This document shows, one piece after another, positions 23,178-34,412 of a stretch of 64,000 bases of DNA (the stretch's first letter is position 1; each line of letters begins with the position of its first letter). Position numbers and translations under genes: made by a program. This DNA comes from an uncultured Alphaproteobacteria bacterium. Its GTDB lineage: Bacteria; Pseudomonadota; Alphaproteobacteria; Rhizobiales; Xanthobacteraceae. The stretch lies in NCBI GenBank assembly GCA_963776455.1, contig CAVZMU010000001.1, positions 97,736 to 161,735 of the forward strand, written 5' to 3'. The notes beneath the pieces were generated by a model. It was not told where the DNA came from, ran no database searches, and worked only from the letters and a program-made list of their open reading frames with translations.

Positions 23178-24389
23178 TCAGGCCGGCGGCCGCGCGACGT
23201 CGCGGCTGCGGGCCTTGCGTGAGATCGCCCAGATCGCGAGCGTCGCGCATCCCATTGCCGCCATCGGCGCCGCGATCGGCCATGCCGATGTTCCCAGCAG
23301 GTGGCCAACGGCGATGCCGAGCAGCGCCGCGCCGGTCTGCTGGACGAATCCCATCAATGAGGAGGCGGCGCCCGCGCGGTCGGGAAACGGTGTCAGCGCG
23401 CCGGCCATGGCCTGAGGCAGCGTCAGTCCAATGCCGCACAGATAGATCGCGGTCGGCACCACCAGGAACGCGACCGAGGGCGCGGCGAATGCCACCGCCG
23501 CCGCCATTGCGAGGCCGCCGCACGCGAGCGCCAACGCGCCGAGCCCGATCGTGCGGTCGAGCCCGATGCGCAGGACCAGGCGCGTCGCCAGCGAGGTTCC
23601 GATCAGGAATCCGATGCAGCCCGCGGCGAAGGCGAGGCCGAATCCAAGCGGCGACACGCCATAGAGGTCCTGCAGCACGAAGGGCGAGCCTGAAATCCAC
23701 GCGAACAGCCCGGCATAGCTGAGCGAGATGATGCCGAGATGCGCGAGGAAGCCGCGGTTCGCGCCAATCATGCGGTAGACGCGCAGCATCCCGATGAGCG
23801 AGATCGGCTCCGGCGCGCGCTGGCGCAGCGTTTCGGGGAGCATCCGCCACACCAGCAGCGCGGAGGCCAGCCCCACCGCAAGCGCGACGACGAAATTGGC
23901 GCGCCAACCGAATACGGTCTGGAGCACGCCGCCGAGCGGCGGCGCGACCACCGGCGCGAGCGCCATGATGGCGCCCATCAGCGACAGCTCCCGTCCGGCG
24001 CGGGCGCCGGAATACAGGTCGCGCACGATCGCGCGCGCCAGCACCACGGCGCCGGAGCCGCCAAGGGCCTGCGCGGCGCGCGCCGCGATCAGAATGTCGA
24101 TGCTGGGCGCGACGGCGCAGGCGACGCAACCCGCGCAATACAGCAGGAGCGCGCCGATCAGCACCGGCTTGCGGCCATAGCGGTCCGACAGCGGCCCATA
24201 CAGAATCTGGCCCGCCGCGAAGCCGATAAGGAACACCGACAGCGTAAGCTGGACCTGGGCTGGCGTCGCCGCGAGCTGCCGCCCGATATCGGGCAGCGAC
24301 GACAGGTACATGTCGGTCGATACCGGCCCCATCGCGCTGAGCAGCGCAAGCAGGGCGGTCAGCGCGAAGGTGTCGGGACGCAGCAGCAT
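23178..24389 (-). CDS. MFS transporter, Bcr/CflA drug-resistance subfamily
   Basis: Intact 403-aa ORF with 12 hydrophobic segments and the MFS motif GPLSDRYGRKPVL after TM2. Confidence 0.85.
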   Translation of the reverse strand: MLLRPDTFALTALLALLSAMGPVSTDMYLSSLPDIGRQLAATPAQVQLTLSVFLIGFAAGQILYGPLSDRYGRKPVLIGALLLYCAGCVACAVAPSIDILIAARAAQALGGSGAVVLARAIVRDLYSGARAGRELSLMGAIMALAPVVAPPLGGVLQTVFGWRANFVVALAVGLASALLVWRMLPETLRQRAPEPISLIGMLRVYRMIGANRGFLAHLGIISLSYAGLFAWISGSPFVLQDLYGVSPLGFGLAFAAGCIGFLIGTSLATRLVLRIGLDRTIGLGALALACGGLAMAAAVAFAAPSVAFLVVPTAIYLCGIGLTLPQAMAGALTPFPDRAGAASSLMGFVQQTGAALLGIAVGHLLGTSAWPIAAPMAAMGCATLAIWAISRKARSRDVARPPA

Positions 24390-24447
24390 GACGCGGCGGC
24401 GTTAGCCGGTCCGCCCCCGGATGTCGAGGAAGCTCTTCGACGTCGCG

Positions 24448-25326
24448 TCAAAGATCGAACAGATCGAGCGCCCTGCGCTGCCGCGATGCGGGCCGCGGCG
24501 GCGGCGGTGCCTTGGCCACGCCATAGCGGTGCATGTCGGTGCCGTTGGCATCGAGCCACGCCTTGGCGCGCCGCACGTTCGAGCACAACTGCTCGACCAC
24601 GCGCCAGAACCGCGGCGAATGGTTCATCTCGATGAGATGGGCGACCTCGTGCGCCGCCAGGTAGTCGAGGACGAAGGGCGGCGCGAAGATGAGGCGCCAC
24701 GAGAACGACAGCATGCCCGTCGTCGAGCAGGAGCCCCAGCGGCTCGACTGGTCGCGCACGGCGACACGCTTGACGGTCACGCCGAGCATCTCGGCGTAGC
24801 GCCGGCTTGCGAGCTCGAGATCGCGCCGCACCTCGCGCTTGAGGAAGTCATGGACCCGCCGCGCGACATGAGGCGCCTCGCCAGCGACGCAGATGAGGCG
24901 ATTGTCCCGGCTGTCGACCTCGACCCATACGGTGCCGCGCTCGTTGGGGCGATGGACGATGCGATGCGGCACGTCGCGCATCGGCACGATCGTGCCGTGC
25001 TTGAACGGCACCGCTTCCGGCAGATGGGTAAGACGCGTTGCGATCCAGCCACCATGCTTCTCGGCGAAAGCCTGCGCTTCGCGCACGCTGCCGCGCGGCG
25101 GAATCGTCAGCACGACCTCGCGCGTCGCCGCGTGGATGCGCAAAGTGTAGCGCCGCGCGCGGCGGTGACGGCTGAGCCGCACGAGATACATGGCATTGCC
25201 GAACACGACCTGAAGCGACTGCGGCTCGGTCGGTCGGCGATAGAGCAGGGCGCGCAGGGGCATCTTCGACTTCCCGCAGGGGCGACGAGCCGGATTCTGC
25301 CATATCGGAAGGGCGATGCAGTCCAT
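24448..25326 (-). CDS. M48/YgjP-like (DUF45) zinc metallohydrolase
   Basis: Intact ORF with C-terminal LDYLAAHEVAHLIEMNHSPRFW (HExxH) and an N-terminal RRARRYTLRI segment typical of the family. The start could be 25263 instead. Confidence 0.75.
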   Translation of the reverse strand: MDCIALPIWQNPARRPCGKSKMPLRALLYRRPTEPQSLQVVFGNAMYLVRLSRHRRARRYTLRIHAATREVVLTIPPRGSVREAQAFAEKHGGWIATRLTHLPEAVPFKHGTIVPMRDVPHRIVHRPNERGTVWVEVDSRDNRLICVAGEAPHVARRVHDFLKREVRRDLELASRRYAEMLGVTVKRVAVRDQSSRWGSCSTTGMLSFSWRLIFAPPFVLDYLAAHEVAHLIEMNHSPRFWRVVEQLCSNVRRAKAWLDANGTDMHRYGVAKAPPPPRPASRQRRALDLFDL

Positions 25327-25518
25327 TTTTCAAAAGCCCGGTTAACCCCAAGCACACGGGGTTGAACCACCCGAAGACCACTAAATATGGCACTTAAGCT
25401 TTGAATATTAATTCACTTGTTCCCATCGCCACATTCTCTCGGCGATTTAGGAAGAGAATCAAACAGGGGCCACGGCAGATTCTCGCTGTCTCCGGGCCGC
25501 GACGTGCAGAACAAACCG

Positions 25519-26826
25519 CTATGCCTTGACGGCGACGGCCTTCTTGCGCGTTCCGTTGGCCCGCGCACCGTTGTTGGAGCGGATGAAGTCGGCGATGCGC
25601 GGCGCGATCTCGGAGCGGAAGCGCGAGCCGTTGAACACGCCGTAATGGCCGACCCCGAGCTGCAGGTAATGCGCCTTCTTCTTCTCCGGGATCGACGGGC
25701 ACAAGCGATGCGCAGCCTCGGTCTGGCCGACACCTGAGATGTCGTCGTTCTCGCCCTCGATGGTGAGCAGCGCGACGTTGCGGATCTTGTCGGGCTCGAT
25801 CGGCACACCGCGATGCATCATCTCGCCCTTGGGCAGCGCGTGGCGGACGAATACGGTCTCGACCGTCTGCAGGTAGAACGCGGCGTCGAGGTCCATCACC
25901 GCCAGGTACTCGTCGTAGAATTCGCGATGCTTCTGCGCCGAGTCGCCGTCGCCGCGCACGAGATGCCGGAAAAGGTCGTGGTGCGCGTCGAGATGGCGAT
26001 CGAGATTCATCGACATGAAGCCGGTGAGCTGCAGGAAGCCCGGATAGACCTCGCGCATCATGCCGGGATTCGGGAATGGCACCTTGGTGATGACGTTGTG
26101 GCGGAACCAGTCGATGCCGCGCTCCTCGGCGAGCTTGTTGACCGCGGTCGGGTTGGAACGCGTGTCGATCGGCCCGCCCATCAGGGTCATGGAATGCGGC
26201 ACGTAAGGGTCCTTGCGCGCTTCCATCAGCGCGACGGCGGCAAGCACCGGCACCGAGGGCTGGCACACCGCCACGATATGCGCGTCGCCGCCGAGGAAAT
26301 GCAGGATCGAGACGACATAGTCGATGTAGTCGTCGAGATCGAAGCTGCCCGTCCGCCAGCGGCACCATGCGGGCATCGGTCCATTCGGTGATGTAGACGT
26401 CGTGATTGGGCAGGAACGCCTCGACGGTGCCGCGCAGCAGCGTCGCGTAATGGCCCGACATCGGCGCCACGATCAGAATCTTGTGGATTGCGGACGGCGC
26501 GGCTCGATCGCGCGCTCGAAATGGATGAGGCGGCAGAACGGCCGCTCCCAGACGACGCGCGGCGTCACCGCCACGCGCTCGCCGCCGACCAGGGCGGTAG
26601 GGATCTGCCATTCCGGCTTGCCGTAGCGCCGGGTCGAGCGCTCGAACAGCTCGCAGCCAGCCGCGACGGACTTGCCGAATGTGGTGTGGGTAAGCGGATT
26701 GAGCGGGTTCTGGTAGAACAGCTTGGTGGCGTCGACGGCGGCGCGGAATGGACCAAGCGCGGCATGCTGCATCTCATGCCAGTGGTAGAAGGGGAGGCTT
26801 TCCATCCCGAACGCGCTGTACGCCAT
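25519..26826 (-). pseudogene. phaZ: Intracellular polyhydroxyalkanoate (PHB) depolymerase, two frame changes as assembled
   Basis: MAYSAFGMESLPFYHWHEMQHAALGPFR...KILIVAPMSGHYATLLRGTVEAFLPNHDVYITEWTDAR...AVCQPSVPVLAAVALM...GVGHYGVFNGSRF. Frame changes near 26480 and 26350. Confidence 0.85.
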
Positions 26827-27087
26827 AGCAACGCCTTTCGCCTACACGGGCTCCACGCCAAGAAGCGTCAGGGGGACCGCCACGCGAATGCGCGCCGTTT
26901 TCAGAGTGCCCAAAACCCCCCGGCCCGATGGTGCACCGCAGAAGATAGTAGGTGCGGCAGCCGGCTATTCAAGCAGATTTTGCTTAAGGAGCCGGAAACA
27001 TGAACGTTAGTAGACACAAGTAACCCGCCGACGGGGACATCGTTCCTTGGACGCTGCTGCAGAGCGCCAGCGGCCGGGTGATGGAGT

Positions 27088-27924
27088 TCATTCGCCGGCC
27101 TGCAGCAGCGAACCCTGGCGGCGGGCGCTCTCGAACAGCCCGAAATAGGCCGCTGCAGCGGCTGCGAACAGTACCGCATTGAGCCCGAAGGACTGGAGCA
27201 TCAGGTCGCCCCGGAACACATGGTCGATCAGCAGCGCCCGCATTCCCTCGAACACGTAGGTCGGCGGCAGCATCCAGGCCACGGTCTGGAGCCACACCGG
27301 CAGCACGGCGACCGGGTAATAGACGCAGGTCAGCGGCAGGAACAGGAACATGATGCTCCAGGCGAAGGTCTCGGCGCCGAGGCCGTTGCGCAGCACCAGC
27401 CCGGATACGAAGATCCCCACCGCCCAGCCGGTCAGCATGAGATTGAGAAAGAACGCCGCGAGCGCGAAACCGAGGCCCCAGAGATTGAAGCCGAAAAAGG
27501 CGATCGCCAGGAACGTGACGGGGATCATGCCGATGGCGAGGCGCACGATGCTCATGATCATCAGCGCGGCGACGAACTCGATCGGCCGCAGCGGGCTCAT
27601 CATGAGGTTGCCGAGGTTGCGGGCGTACATTTCCTCCAGGAAAGAGACCGAAAAGCCGAGCTGGCCGCGGAACAGGATGTCCCACAGCAGCACGGCGCCG
27701 ATGAACGTGCCGCCGACCTTGGCGAAGAAGCTCGCATTCTGCCCGACATAGGTCTGCAGGAAGCCCCACATCAGCATCTGCACGGCCGGCCAGTAGATCA
27801 GCTCGACCAGCCGCGACCACGACGAGCGCAGCAGGTACCAGTAGCGCAGCACCATCGCGGCGACTCGCCGCGGCGAAAAGGCCCACAATCCGCCGGTCTG
27901 CGTCCCGGCCGCCGTCGTGCTCAT
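27088..27924 (-). CDS. ABC-2 type transporter permease
   Basis: Intact 278-aa ORF with 6 TM segments. ATGA start/stop overlap with the upstream ATPase gene (27921-27924). Confidence 0.8.
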   Translation of the reverse strand: MSTTAAGTQTGGLWAFSPRRVAAMVLRYWYLLRSSWSRLVELIYWPAVQMLMWGFLQTYVGQNASFFAKVGGTFIGAVLLWDILFRGQLGFSVSFLEEMYARNLGNLMMSPLRPIEFVAALMIMSIVRLAIGMIPVTFLAIAFFGFNLWGLGFALAAFFLNLMLTGWAVGIFVSGLVLRNGLGAETFAWSIMFLFLPLTCVYYPVAVLPVWLQTVAWMLPPTYVFEGMRALLIDHVFRGDLMLQSFGLNAVLFAAAAAAYFGLFESARRQGSLLQAGE

Positions 27925-28691
27925 TGCGCGGCCTCCCGCACGGCAGTCCCTTGGGTGTCCTGCCGCCCACGGGCGACGTCGAGGAACACCTCCTCGAGAT
28001 TGTCCCGGCCATAGCGGGCGAGCAGGCGCGCCGGCGTATCGTCATCCTCGATGCGGCCGAGCTTCATGATGATGACGCGGTCGCACAGCCGCTCGACTTC
28101 GCCCATGTTGTGGGAGGCGAGCAGCACCGTGGCGCCGCGCTCCTCACGGTAGCGCTGCAGGTGGCCGCGGACCCAATCCGCGGTGTCGGGATCGAGCGAC
28201 GCCGTAGGCTCGTCCAGCAGCAGCACGTCGGGCCGGTTGAGCAGCGACTTGGCGAGCGACACGCGGGTCTTCTGGCCGGAGGACAGCTTTCCGGTCGGGC
28301 GGTCGAGCAAATCCGTGAGGTCGAGGTCTTCGGCGATGCGGGCGATGCGGCCGGGCAGGTCCTCCACCCCGTACAGCATGCCGAACACGGTGAGGTTCTG
28401 CCGGATCGTCAGCCGCATCGGCATCTCGACATAGGGGCTCTCGAAATTCATGCGATGGAGCACGCGGTAGCGGTGCTTCTCCATGTCGACGCCGAGCACC
28501 GATACGCGTCCGGAGGTCGGCGTGACCAGGCCCATGATGGTGGCGATGGTCGTAGTCTTGCCGGCGCCGTTGCCGCCGAGCAACGCCGTCATCGAGCCGG
28601 GCTCGAGCGCGAAGCTGATGCCGGCAACCGCGGTCCCGCTCTTGTAGGTCTTGACCAGGCGGTCGACGGCAATGGCGGGAGGGGCCTTCAT
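27921..28691 (-). CDS. ABC transporter ATP-binding protein (ABC-2 exporter type)
   Basis: Intact. GGNGAGKTTTI (Walker A), LSSGQKTRVSLAKSL (signature), LLLDEPTASLD (Walker B). ATG at 28691 (MKAPPAIAVDRL); the track uses GTG 28712. Confidence 0.88.
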   Translation of the reverse strand: MKAPPAIAVDRLVKTYKSGTAVAGISFALEPGSMTALLGGNGAGKTTTIATIMGLVTPTSGRVSVLGVDMEKHRYRVLHRMNFESPYVEMPMRLTIRQNLTVFGMLYGVEDLPGRIARIAEDLDLTDLLDRPTGKLSSGQKTRVSLAKSLLNRPDVLLLDEPTASLDPDTADWVRGHLQRYREERGATVLLASHNMGEVERLCDRVIIMKLGRIEDDDTPARLLARYGRDNLEEVFLDVARGRQDTQGTAVREAAQ

Positions 28692-28791
28692 GGGCCCCAC
28701 ACTTGGCGTCACCGCGCCGGCCGTGCAAGCCCCGGACGAGGGCTTCGGGCCTCGCGTTTCAACGCCGGCGGCGATTTGCTAGACCAGCGTC

Positions 28792-30126
28792 ATGCCGCCG
28801 AGGCCGTCCAAACCCACCCACCCGCTGCGCACCCTGCGGGTCGACACGCTGATCCGGCTGCGCTGGCTTGCCATCGCGGGCCAGACCGCGGCCGTGCTTG
28901 TCGTCCATTTCGGCCTCGATTATGCGGTGCCGCTGGCCGCTTGCGCCACGGTGATCGCGGTTTCGGCATGGCTCAATCTCGCGCTCCGCCTGCGGTTCCG
29001 GATGACGCCGCGGCTGGAGCCGGAGCCGGCGGCGTGGCTGCTCGCGTTCGATCTCACGCAGCTCACCGTGCTGCTGTACCTCACCGGCGGCGTCGACAAC
29101 CCGTTCTCATTCATGCTTCTCGCGCCGGTCGTGATCTCGGCGACGGCGCTGCCGCCGCGCATCACGATGCTGCTCGGCGTCTTCGCCGTGCTGTGCGTGA
29201 CGGTGCTGATCTTCGTTCACTATCCCCTGCCCTGGGCGAGCGACGAGCAGCTTCACCTGCCGATGCTGTATACGATGGCGAACTGGGCCTCGATCGTGAT
29301 CGCCATCGGCTTCATCGGCGTCTACGCGTGGCAGATATCCGAGGAGACGCGGCAGCTCGCCGACGCGCTGACCGCGACCGAGCTGGCGCTGGCGCGCGAG
29401 CAGCACCTGTCGCAGCTCGACGGCCTTGCCGCCGCCGCCGCGCATGAGCTCGCGACCCCGCTTTCCACCATCACCGTGATCGCCAAGGAGCTGGAACGCG
29501 CCCTGCCAGCCGAATTCACCCTTCGCCGATGATGTGCATGCTACTGCGCGAGCAGGCGCAGCGCTGCCGCGAGATCCTCGGCAAGCTGACCGAGCTCGAT
29601 GCGTCGGGCGCGCCGTTCGACCAGATGAAGCTGTCGACGCTGATCGAGGAGGTTGTCGCACCGCATCGCAACTTCGGCATCGAGATCGATATCGTGTTGC
29701 CGGAGACGCGGAGCGACGAGCCGGTCAGCGCCCGCAACCCCGCGGTTCTCTACGGCCTCGGCAACCTGGCGGAGAACGCGGTGGACTTCGCCGAAGTCGC
29801 GGGTCGAGGTCGTGGCGCGGTGGAACGACCAGGAGGTCGTGATAACCATATCCGACGATGGCCCGGGATTCTCGCCGGAGGTCAAGGAGCACATCGGCGA
29901 GCCCTATGTGACGACCCGCGGCCGCAAATCGCCGCCCCCCGACGGCGAGCCGACCGGGCTGGGATTGGGCTTTTTCATCGCCAAAACACTGCTGGAACGC
30001 TCCGGCGCGACGCTGGCCCTCGCCAATCACGCGCTCCCCGAGACCGGCGCCGTCGTTCGCGCGAGGTGGCTGCGAGCCGATTTCGAACGCTCCCTGGGTG
30101 GCAATGCCGCGCCCTGGGCCTCTTGA
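28792..30126 (+). pseudogene. regB: Redox-responsive sensor histidine kinase of the RegB/PrrB/ActS/RegS family; two frame changes as assembled
   Basis: Six N-terminal TM helices, the conserved GGVDNPFSFMLLAPV box, H-box AAAAHELATPLSTI, and ATPase region ISDDGPGFSPEV...GLGLGFFIAKTLLERSGA. Frame changes near 29520 and 29795. Confidence 0.85.
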
Positions 30127-30203
30127 GGGTTGCCGGGGCGCCCCCTACCTTGACCGGCAAGGGAGCGGTTCGCGTGTAGCGAACCGACCAGGGAGGGACG
30201 TCC

Positions 30204-30757
30204 ATGATGGAATCCGGCACCCCGCTTCCTCGCGACCGCTCGCTGCTGATCGTCGAGGACGACAAGCCCTTCCTGGCACGCCTCGCCCGCGCCATGGAGG
30301 CGCGCGGCTTCGCGGTGACGACGGCGGAGACCGTCGCCGACGGCCTGTCACGAGGTCGAGCAGCACGCCGCCCGCCTTCGCGGTGGTGGACATGCGGCTC
30401 GGCGACGGCAGCGGGCTCGATGTGATCTCGGCGCTCAAGCGCCGGCGCGCCGACGCCCGCGGCATCGTGCTCACCGGTTACGGCAACATCGCCACTGCGG
30501 TGAACGCCGTGAAGCTTGGCGCGGTCGACTACCTCGCCAAGCCCGCCGATGCCGACGACGTGATCAACGCCCTGCTTGCCGGCGAAGGCCGCAGGGTCGA
30601 GCCGCCGGAGAATCCGATGTCGGCGGACCGGGTGCGCTGGGAGCACATCCAGCGCATCTACGAACTGTGCGGCCGCAACGTCTCGGAAACCGCACGGCGC
30701 CTCAACATGCACCGGCGCACGTTGCAGCGCATCCTCGCGAAACGCGCGCCGAAGTAA
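30204..30757 (+). pseudogene. regA: Response regulator of the RegA/PrrA/ActR/RegR family; one frame change near 30350
   Basis: GGGAGGGA SD, then MMESGTPLPRDRSLLIVEDDKPF...; after the shift FAVVDMRLGDGSGLDV...LTGYGNIATAVNAVKLGAVDYLAKP and the invariant Fis-type HTH NVSETARRLNMHRRTLQRILAKRAPK. Confidence 0.88.
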
Positions 30758-30859
30758 CGGCCTCAGGCTAGGTAGGAGCACGAATACCGTCGGTTTTTTC
30801 GTGCGGAACCCGAACCGGGCATCGGCGTTGTTGCTGCAGTGCGAAATGGAGTTCCGGTG

Positions 30860-31087
30860 ATGGCCCTTCCCCACGAGGATGCGATCTTCCAGCGGCTCGA
30901 GGCCACCAAGAAGCACGGACTGGTGTCGGAATACCTGCTGAGCTGGACCGGCGGGCCGCACGAGCACAAGCCGAAGGTCACGGTTTGGCCGAACGCCGCC
31001 TCCACCGAGGACGTGGTGAAGGCGTATATCGCCAAGCTCCTGCATGGCCTCGTCGCCGACCGTCGCATCATTGTGGCTCGGGACTGA
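30860..31087 (+). CDS. Hypothetical small protein (75 aa)
   Basis: Intact ORF MALPHEDAIFQRLEATKKHGLVSEYLLSWTGGPHEHKPKVTVWPNAAST... with GGAG 8 nt upstream. No family recognised. Confidence 0.4.
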   Translation: MALPHEDAIFQRLEATKKHGLVSEYLLSWTGGPHEHKPKVTVWPNAASTEDVVKAYIAKLLHGLVADRRIIVARD

Positions 31088-31103
31088 GACGCCGGCGCGA
31101 TCT

Positions 31104-31625
31104 TCAGAACTCTGCGCGATAAGGGCCGGTCGGATCGGCGAGCGACTGCAGCCGCAGCGCCGCCGAGTGCGCGAAGCGCAGCATCATCGCCTTGCGCGTC
31201 GCCGCCGGAAGTCGGTGCTCCGGCGCCTCGCATTCGATCGAGGCACCGAAGGCATCCGCCACGATGAGCCCGGTGTCCTTGGGGAAAATCCCGCACGGCA
31301 CTTCGAGCGTGGTGGCGAAGAACAGCCGGTCGCAATGCAGCCGGTAATCCATCCATTTCTGGTCGGCGCGGAAGTCCGCGACCGATGACTTGATCTCCAC
31401 GATCCAGACTTCGCCGTCGCCCGCGAGCGCCACGATGTCGGCGCGGCGGCCCGACGCGAGCGGCAACTCGCTCACGCATGACAACCCGAGCGAATGCAGC
31501 AGGCGGGCGGTCCCGCGCGCGACAGCGAGCGCGGTCGGAGATTGGCGGCCGTCGAGCGGGAGCAGCGAATCCAGCGCGCCGCCGGCAAGCGGCAGGGCGG
31601 GATTGGCTCGATCGACGATCGACAA
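31104..31625 (-). CDS. mmcB: MmcB-family DNA repair protein (PD-(D/E)xK nuclease fold)
   Basis: C-terminal part of track ORF 31104..32768: RGTARLLHSLGLSCVSELPLASGRRADIVALAGDGEVWIVEIKSSVADFRADQKWMDYRLHCDRLFFAT. Probable TTG start near 31625, 12 nt after the mtnA stop. Confidence 0.6.
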   Translation of the reverse strand: MSIVDRANPALPLAGGALDSLLPLDGRQSPTALAVARGTARLLHSLGLSCVSELPLASGRRADIVALAGDGEVWIVEIKSSVADFRADQKWMDYRLHCDRLFFATTLEVPCGIFPKDTGLIVADAFGASIECEAPEHRLPAATRKAMMLRFAHSAALRLQSLADPTGPYRAEF

Positions 31626-31636
31626 GGCAAATCCCT

Positions 31637-32768
31637 CTACTCCGCCGCCGCCGGCTGCGCCGGCCGGCTGTCTTCGCCGGCCCGCTCCGGAAAGGCACGC
31701 GCGAGGCTCGCGCGCGTCGCCGGGATCACGCCGCGCTCGGTGATCAGCGCGGTGACGAGCCGCGCCGGCGTGACGTCGAAGCCGTAATTCGCCACCGGCG
31801 AGCCCTCCGGCACGATCCGCACCGTCTCGATGCGGCCGTCGGCGGTGCGGCCGGTCATGGCGGTCACCTCGTCGGGGCTGCGTTCCTCGATCGGGATCTC
31901 GGTGACGCCGTCCGACACCGCGAAGTCGATCGTCGGCGACGGCAGCCCGACATAGAACGGGACGCCGTTGTCCTTGGCCGCAAGCGCCTTCAGGTAGGTG
32001 CCGATCTTGTTGCAGACGTCGCCTTGCGCGGTGACGCGGTCGGTGCCGACGATCACCATATCGACCTTGCCGTGCTGCATGAGATGCCCGCCGGTATTGT
32101 CGGCGATCACGGTATGCGGAATGCCGTGATTGACGAGCTCCCACGCGGTGAGCGAGGCGCCCTGGTTGCGCGGCCGCGTCTCGTCGACCCAGACATGGAG
32201 CGGGATGCCCTGCTCGTGCGCGGTGTAGATCGGCGCCAGCGCCGTACCCCAGTCGACGGCGGCAAGCCAGCCGGCGTTGCAATGGGTCAGCACATTGACC
32301 GGCTCGCCCGGCTTCGTTCGCGGCGACCGCCTCGATCAGCGCCGCGCCGTGACGGCCGAGCGCGCGGTTATTGGCGACGTCCTCGTCGGCGATCTCGGCG
32401 GCGCGGGCATACGCGGCGGCGAGGCGTTCGCCGCGCGGCCGGTTGCGCACCGCGGCCATCATCTCGTCGAGCGCCCATTTGAGATTGATCGCGGTCGGAC
32501 GCGTCGCCAGCAGCATGTCGTAGGCGTGCTCCAGCGCTTCATCCGAGGCATCGACGCGCAACGCGAGGCAGACGCCGTAGGCGGCGGCGGCGCCGATCAG
32601 CGGTGCGCCGCGCACCTGCATGGTTGCGATCGCATGCGCCACCTCATCCAGCGCCGTGAGCCGCAAGGTCTCGAAACGATGCGGCAGCAAGGTCTGGTCG
32701 ATGATGCCGAGCGACCAGCCGTCCGCCTCCACCCAGATGCTGCGATAATGTTTGCCGCCGACTTTCAT
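31637..32768 (-). pseudogene. mtnA: S-methyl-5-thioribose-1-phosphate isomerase; one frame change near 32310
   Basis: MKVGGKHYRSIWVEADGWSLGIIDQTLLPHRFETLRL...MQVRGAPLIGAAAAYG...TRPTAINLKWAL, then in another frame [21 protein letters not shown]...[19 protein letters not shown]...[12 protein letters not shown]. Confidence 0.88.
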
Positions 32769-32932
32769 GATCGTTCACGTTTCGTCCCAAGGAGTCATAG
32801 CGCGATTTCCGCGGCTGAGAAAGAGCAACGGCAGCGGCAAGGCAACAGGAATTTGCTGCGGGGAAATCCGCCGCACCGCCTTGTGACGGTTGGGCGCATG
32901 GCTCATGTTCTTCCGTTGCCGGGAGAATGCGG

Positions 32933-33797
32933 ATGCCGACCGACTACGAGGCCGAGTACAACAATCGCGCGCGGTGCCCGAGCATGCGGAAATCTTCGCC
33001 CGGTGGGCACGCGATGCCAAAGCCTATCGCGATGACGCGTCGGCCGAAGACCACGCCGAGCTCGGCCTGCGCTTCGGGCCGACGCGAGCGCCAGATTCAT
33101 CGACCTGTTCTGCCCGACCGGCGGCAGCAGCGGTCCGGTCGCGCTGTTCATCCATGGCGGCTACTGGCGCTCGCTCGAGCCGCGGATGTTCAGCCACGTC
33201 GCGCGCGGCCTCAACGCGCGTGGCATCGTCGTCGCGGTGCGGGCTACGACCTCTGCCCGCAGGTCACGGTCGCGCGAGATCATCGAGCAGATCGCGGCGC
33301 GCCTGCCTCTACCTGTGGCGCCGCTTCGGCCGCGCATGATGGTCTCCGGCCATTCGGCCGGCGGCCATCTCGCCGCCTGCATGCTGGCGACCGACTGGAA
33401 GGCGGCTCGCATCCGACCTACCCTGCCGACCTCGTGCCGACGGCCTTCGCGATTTCCGGCGTGTTCGATCTCACGCCGCTCATCAAGGTCTCGATGAACG
33501 GCGACTTGCGGCTCGACCGAGGACGAGGCGCGCAAGGTGTCGCCGGTGTTCTGGCACGGCGCCTGCCGGACGCGACGCTCGAAGCGTGGTGCGGCGCGCG
33601 CGAGAGCAGCGAGTTCCTGCGCCAGAACCGCATCATCGTCGATGCCTGGTCGCGCCCCGACATCACCACGCGTCTGCGGCGAGATCGACCTGGCGCGAAC
33701 CATTTCACCGTGCTCGATCCGCTCAGCGATCCCGGCAGCGACATGGTCGCGCGCGTCGCCGCGATGTGCGAGCGCACGCAAGTTCGCGGCAGCGTGA
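32933..33797 (+). pseudogene. Alpha/beta hydrolase (arylformamidase/esterase-like), frame-disrupted; 3' end uncertain
   Basis: MPTDYEAEYNNRARVPEH..., FIHGGYWRSLE, nucleophile elbow MVSGHSAGGHLAA, ISGVFDLTPL, ANHFTVLDPL are spread over three frames (at least 5 changes). The true stop cannot be fixed. Confidence 0.65.
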
Positions 33798-33805
33798 CCG
33801 CGCCG

Positions 33806-34362
33806 ATGAACGATAATCGCGCCAACTGTTCGACCTCATCCGCACGCGCTCGTTCGGCCGCGGCAAGATCAAGCTCGCGTCGGGGCGCGAGAGCGATTTC
33901 TATTTCGACCTGCGGCCGACCACGCTTCATCCGGCGGGCGCGAGCTATATCGGCGAGCTGATCGTCGATGCGCTCGCCGGGCTCGACGTGGATTTCGTCG
34001 GCGGGCTGGAGATGGGCGCGGTACCGATCGCCACCGCGGTTGCGGTTGCGAGCCATCATCGCGGCGGCAGCCTCGGAGCGTTCTTCGTGCGCAAGAAGCC
34101 GAAGGATCACGGCGCCAAGAAACTCGTCGAGGGCCTGCCGCGCGGCGAGACGCTGAGCGGCAAGAAGGTCGTCGTGGTGGAGGACGTCACGACCACCGGC
34201 GGCTCGGCGATCCAGGCCGCTCAGGCGCTGCGCGAGGAAGGCGCCAACATCGTGCTGGTGCTGACCGTCGTCGACCGCCTCGAAGGCGCGAAGGACAACT
34301 TCGACGCCGACGGACTGGAATTCCGCGCGCTCTACACGGCGGATGAGTTCTTGAAGGCGTAA
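33806..34362 (+). pseudogene. pyrE: Orotate phosphoribosyltransferase; one frame change just after the start codon
   Basis: ATG 33806 (MNDNRA), then a shift to [32 protein letters not shown]...[15 protein letters not shown]...[19 protein letters not shown] (PRPP-binding motif). Confidence 0.88.
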
Positions 34363-34372
34363 CTGCTGCCCA

Positions 34373-34412
34373 TCCTTCGAGACGCGCCTGACGGCGCTCC
34401 TCAGTATGCGGG
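34373..34412. repeat. REP-like palindromic intergenic element, copy A
   Basis: TCCTTCGAGACGCGCC-TGAC-GGCGCTCCTCAGTATGCGGG, 10 nt after the pyrE stop. Near-identical arms recur at 58106-58147. Confidence 0.6.

Noticed and set aside
31104-32768. 554-aa ORF suggesting an MtnA-MmcB fusion protein.
   Set aside because: The mtnA frame break near 32310 puts the N-terminal part of mtnA in the mmcB frame. The true MtnA C-terminus (track ORF 31637..32293) ends at 31637, and mmcB starts separately near 31625.
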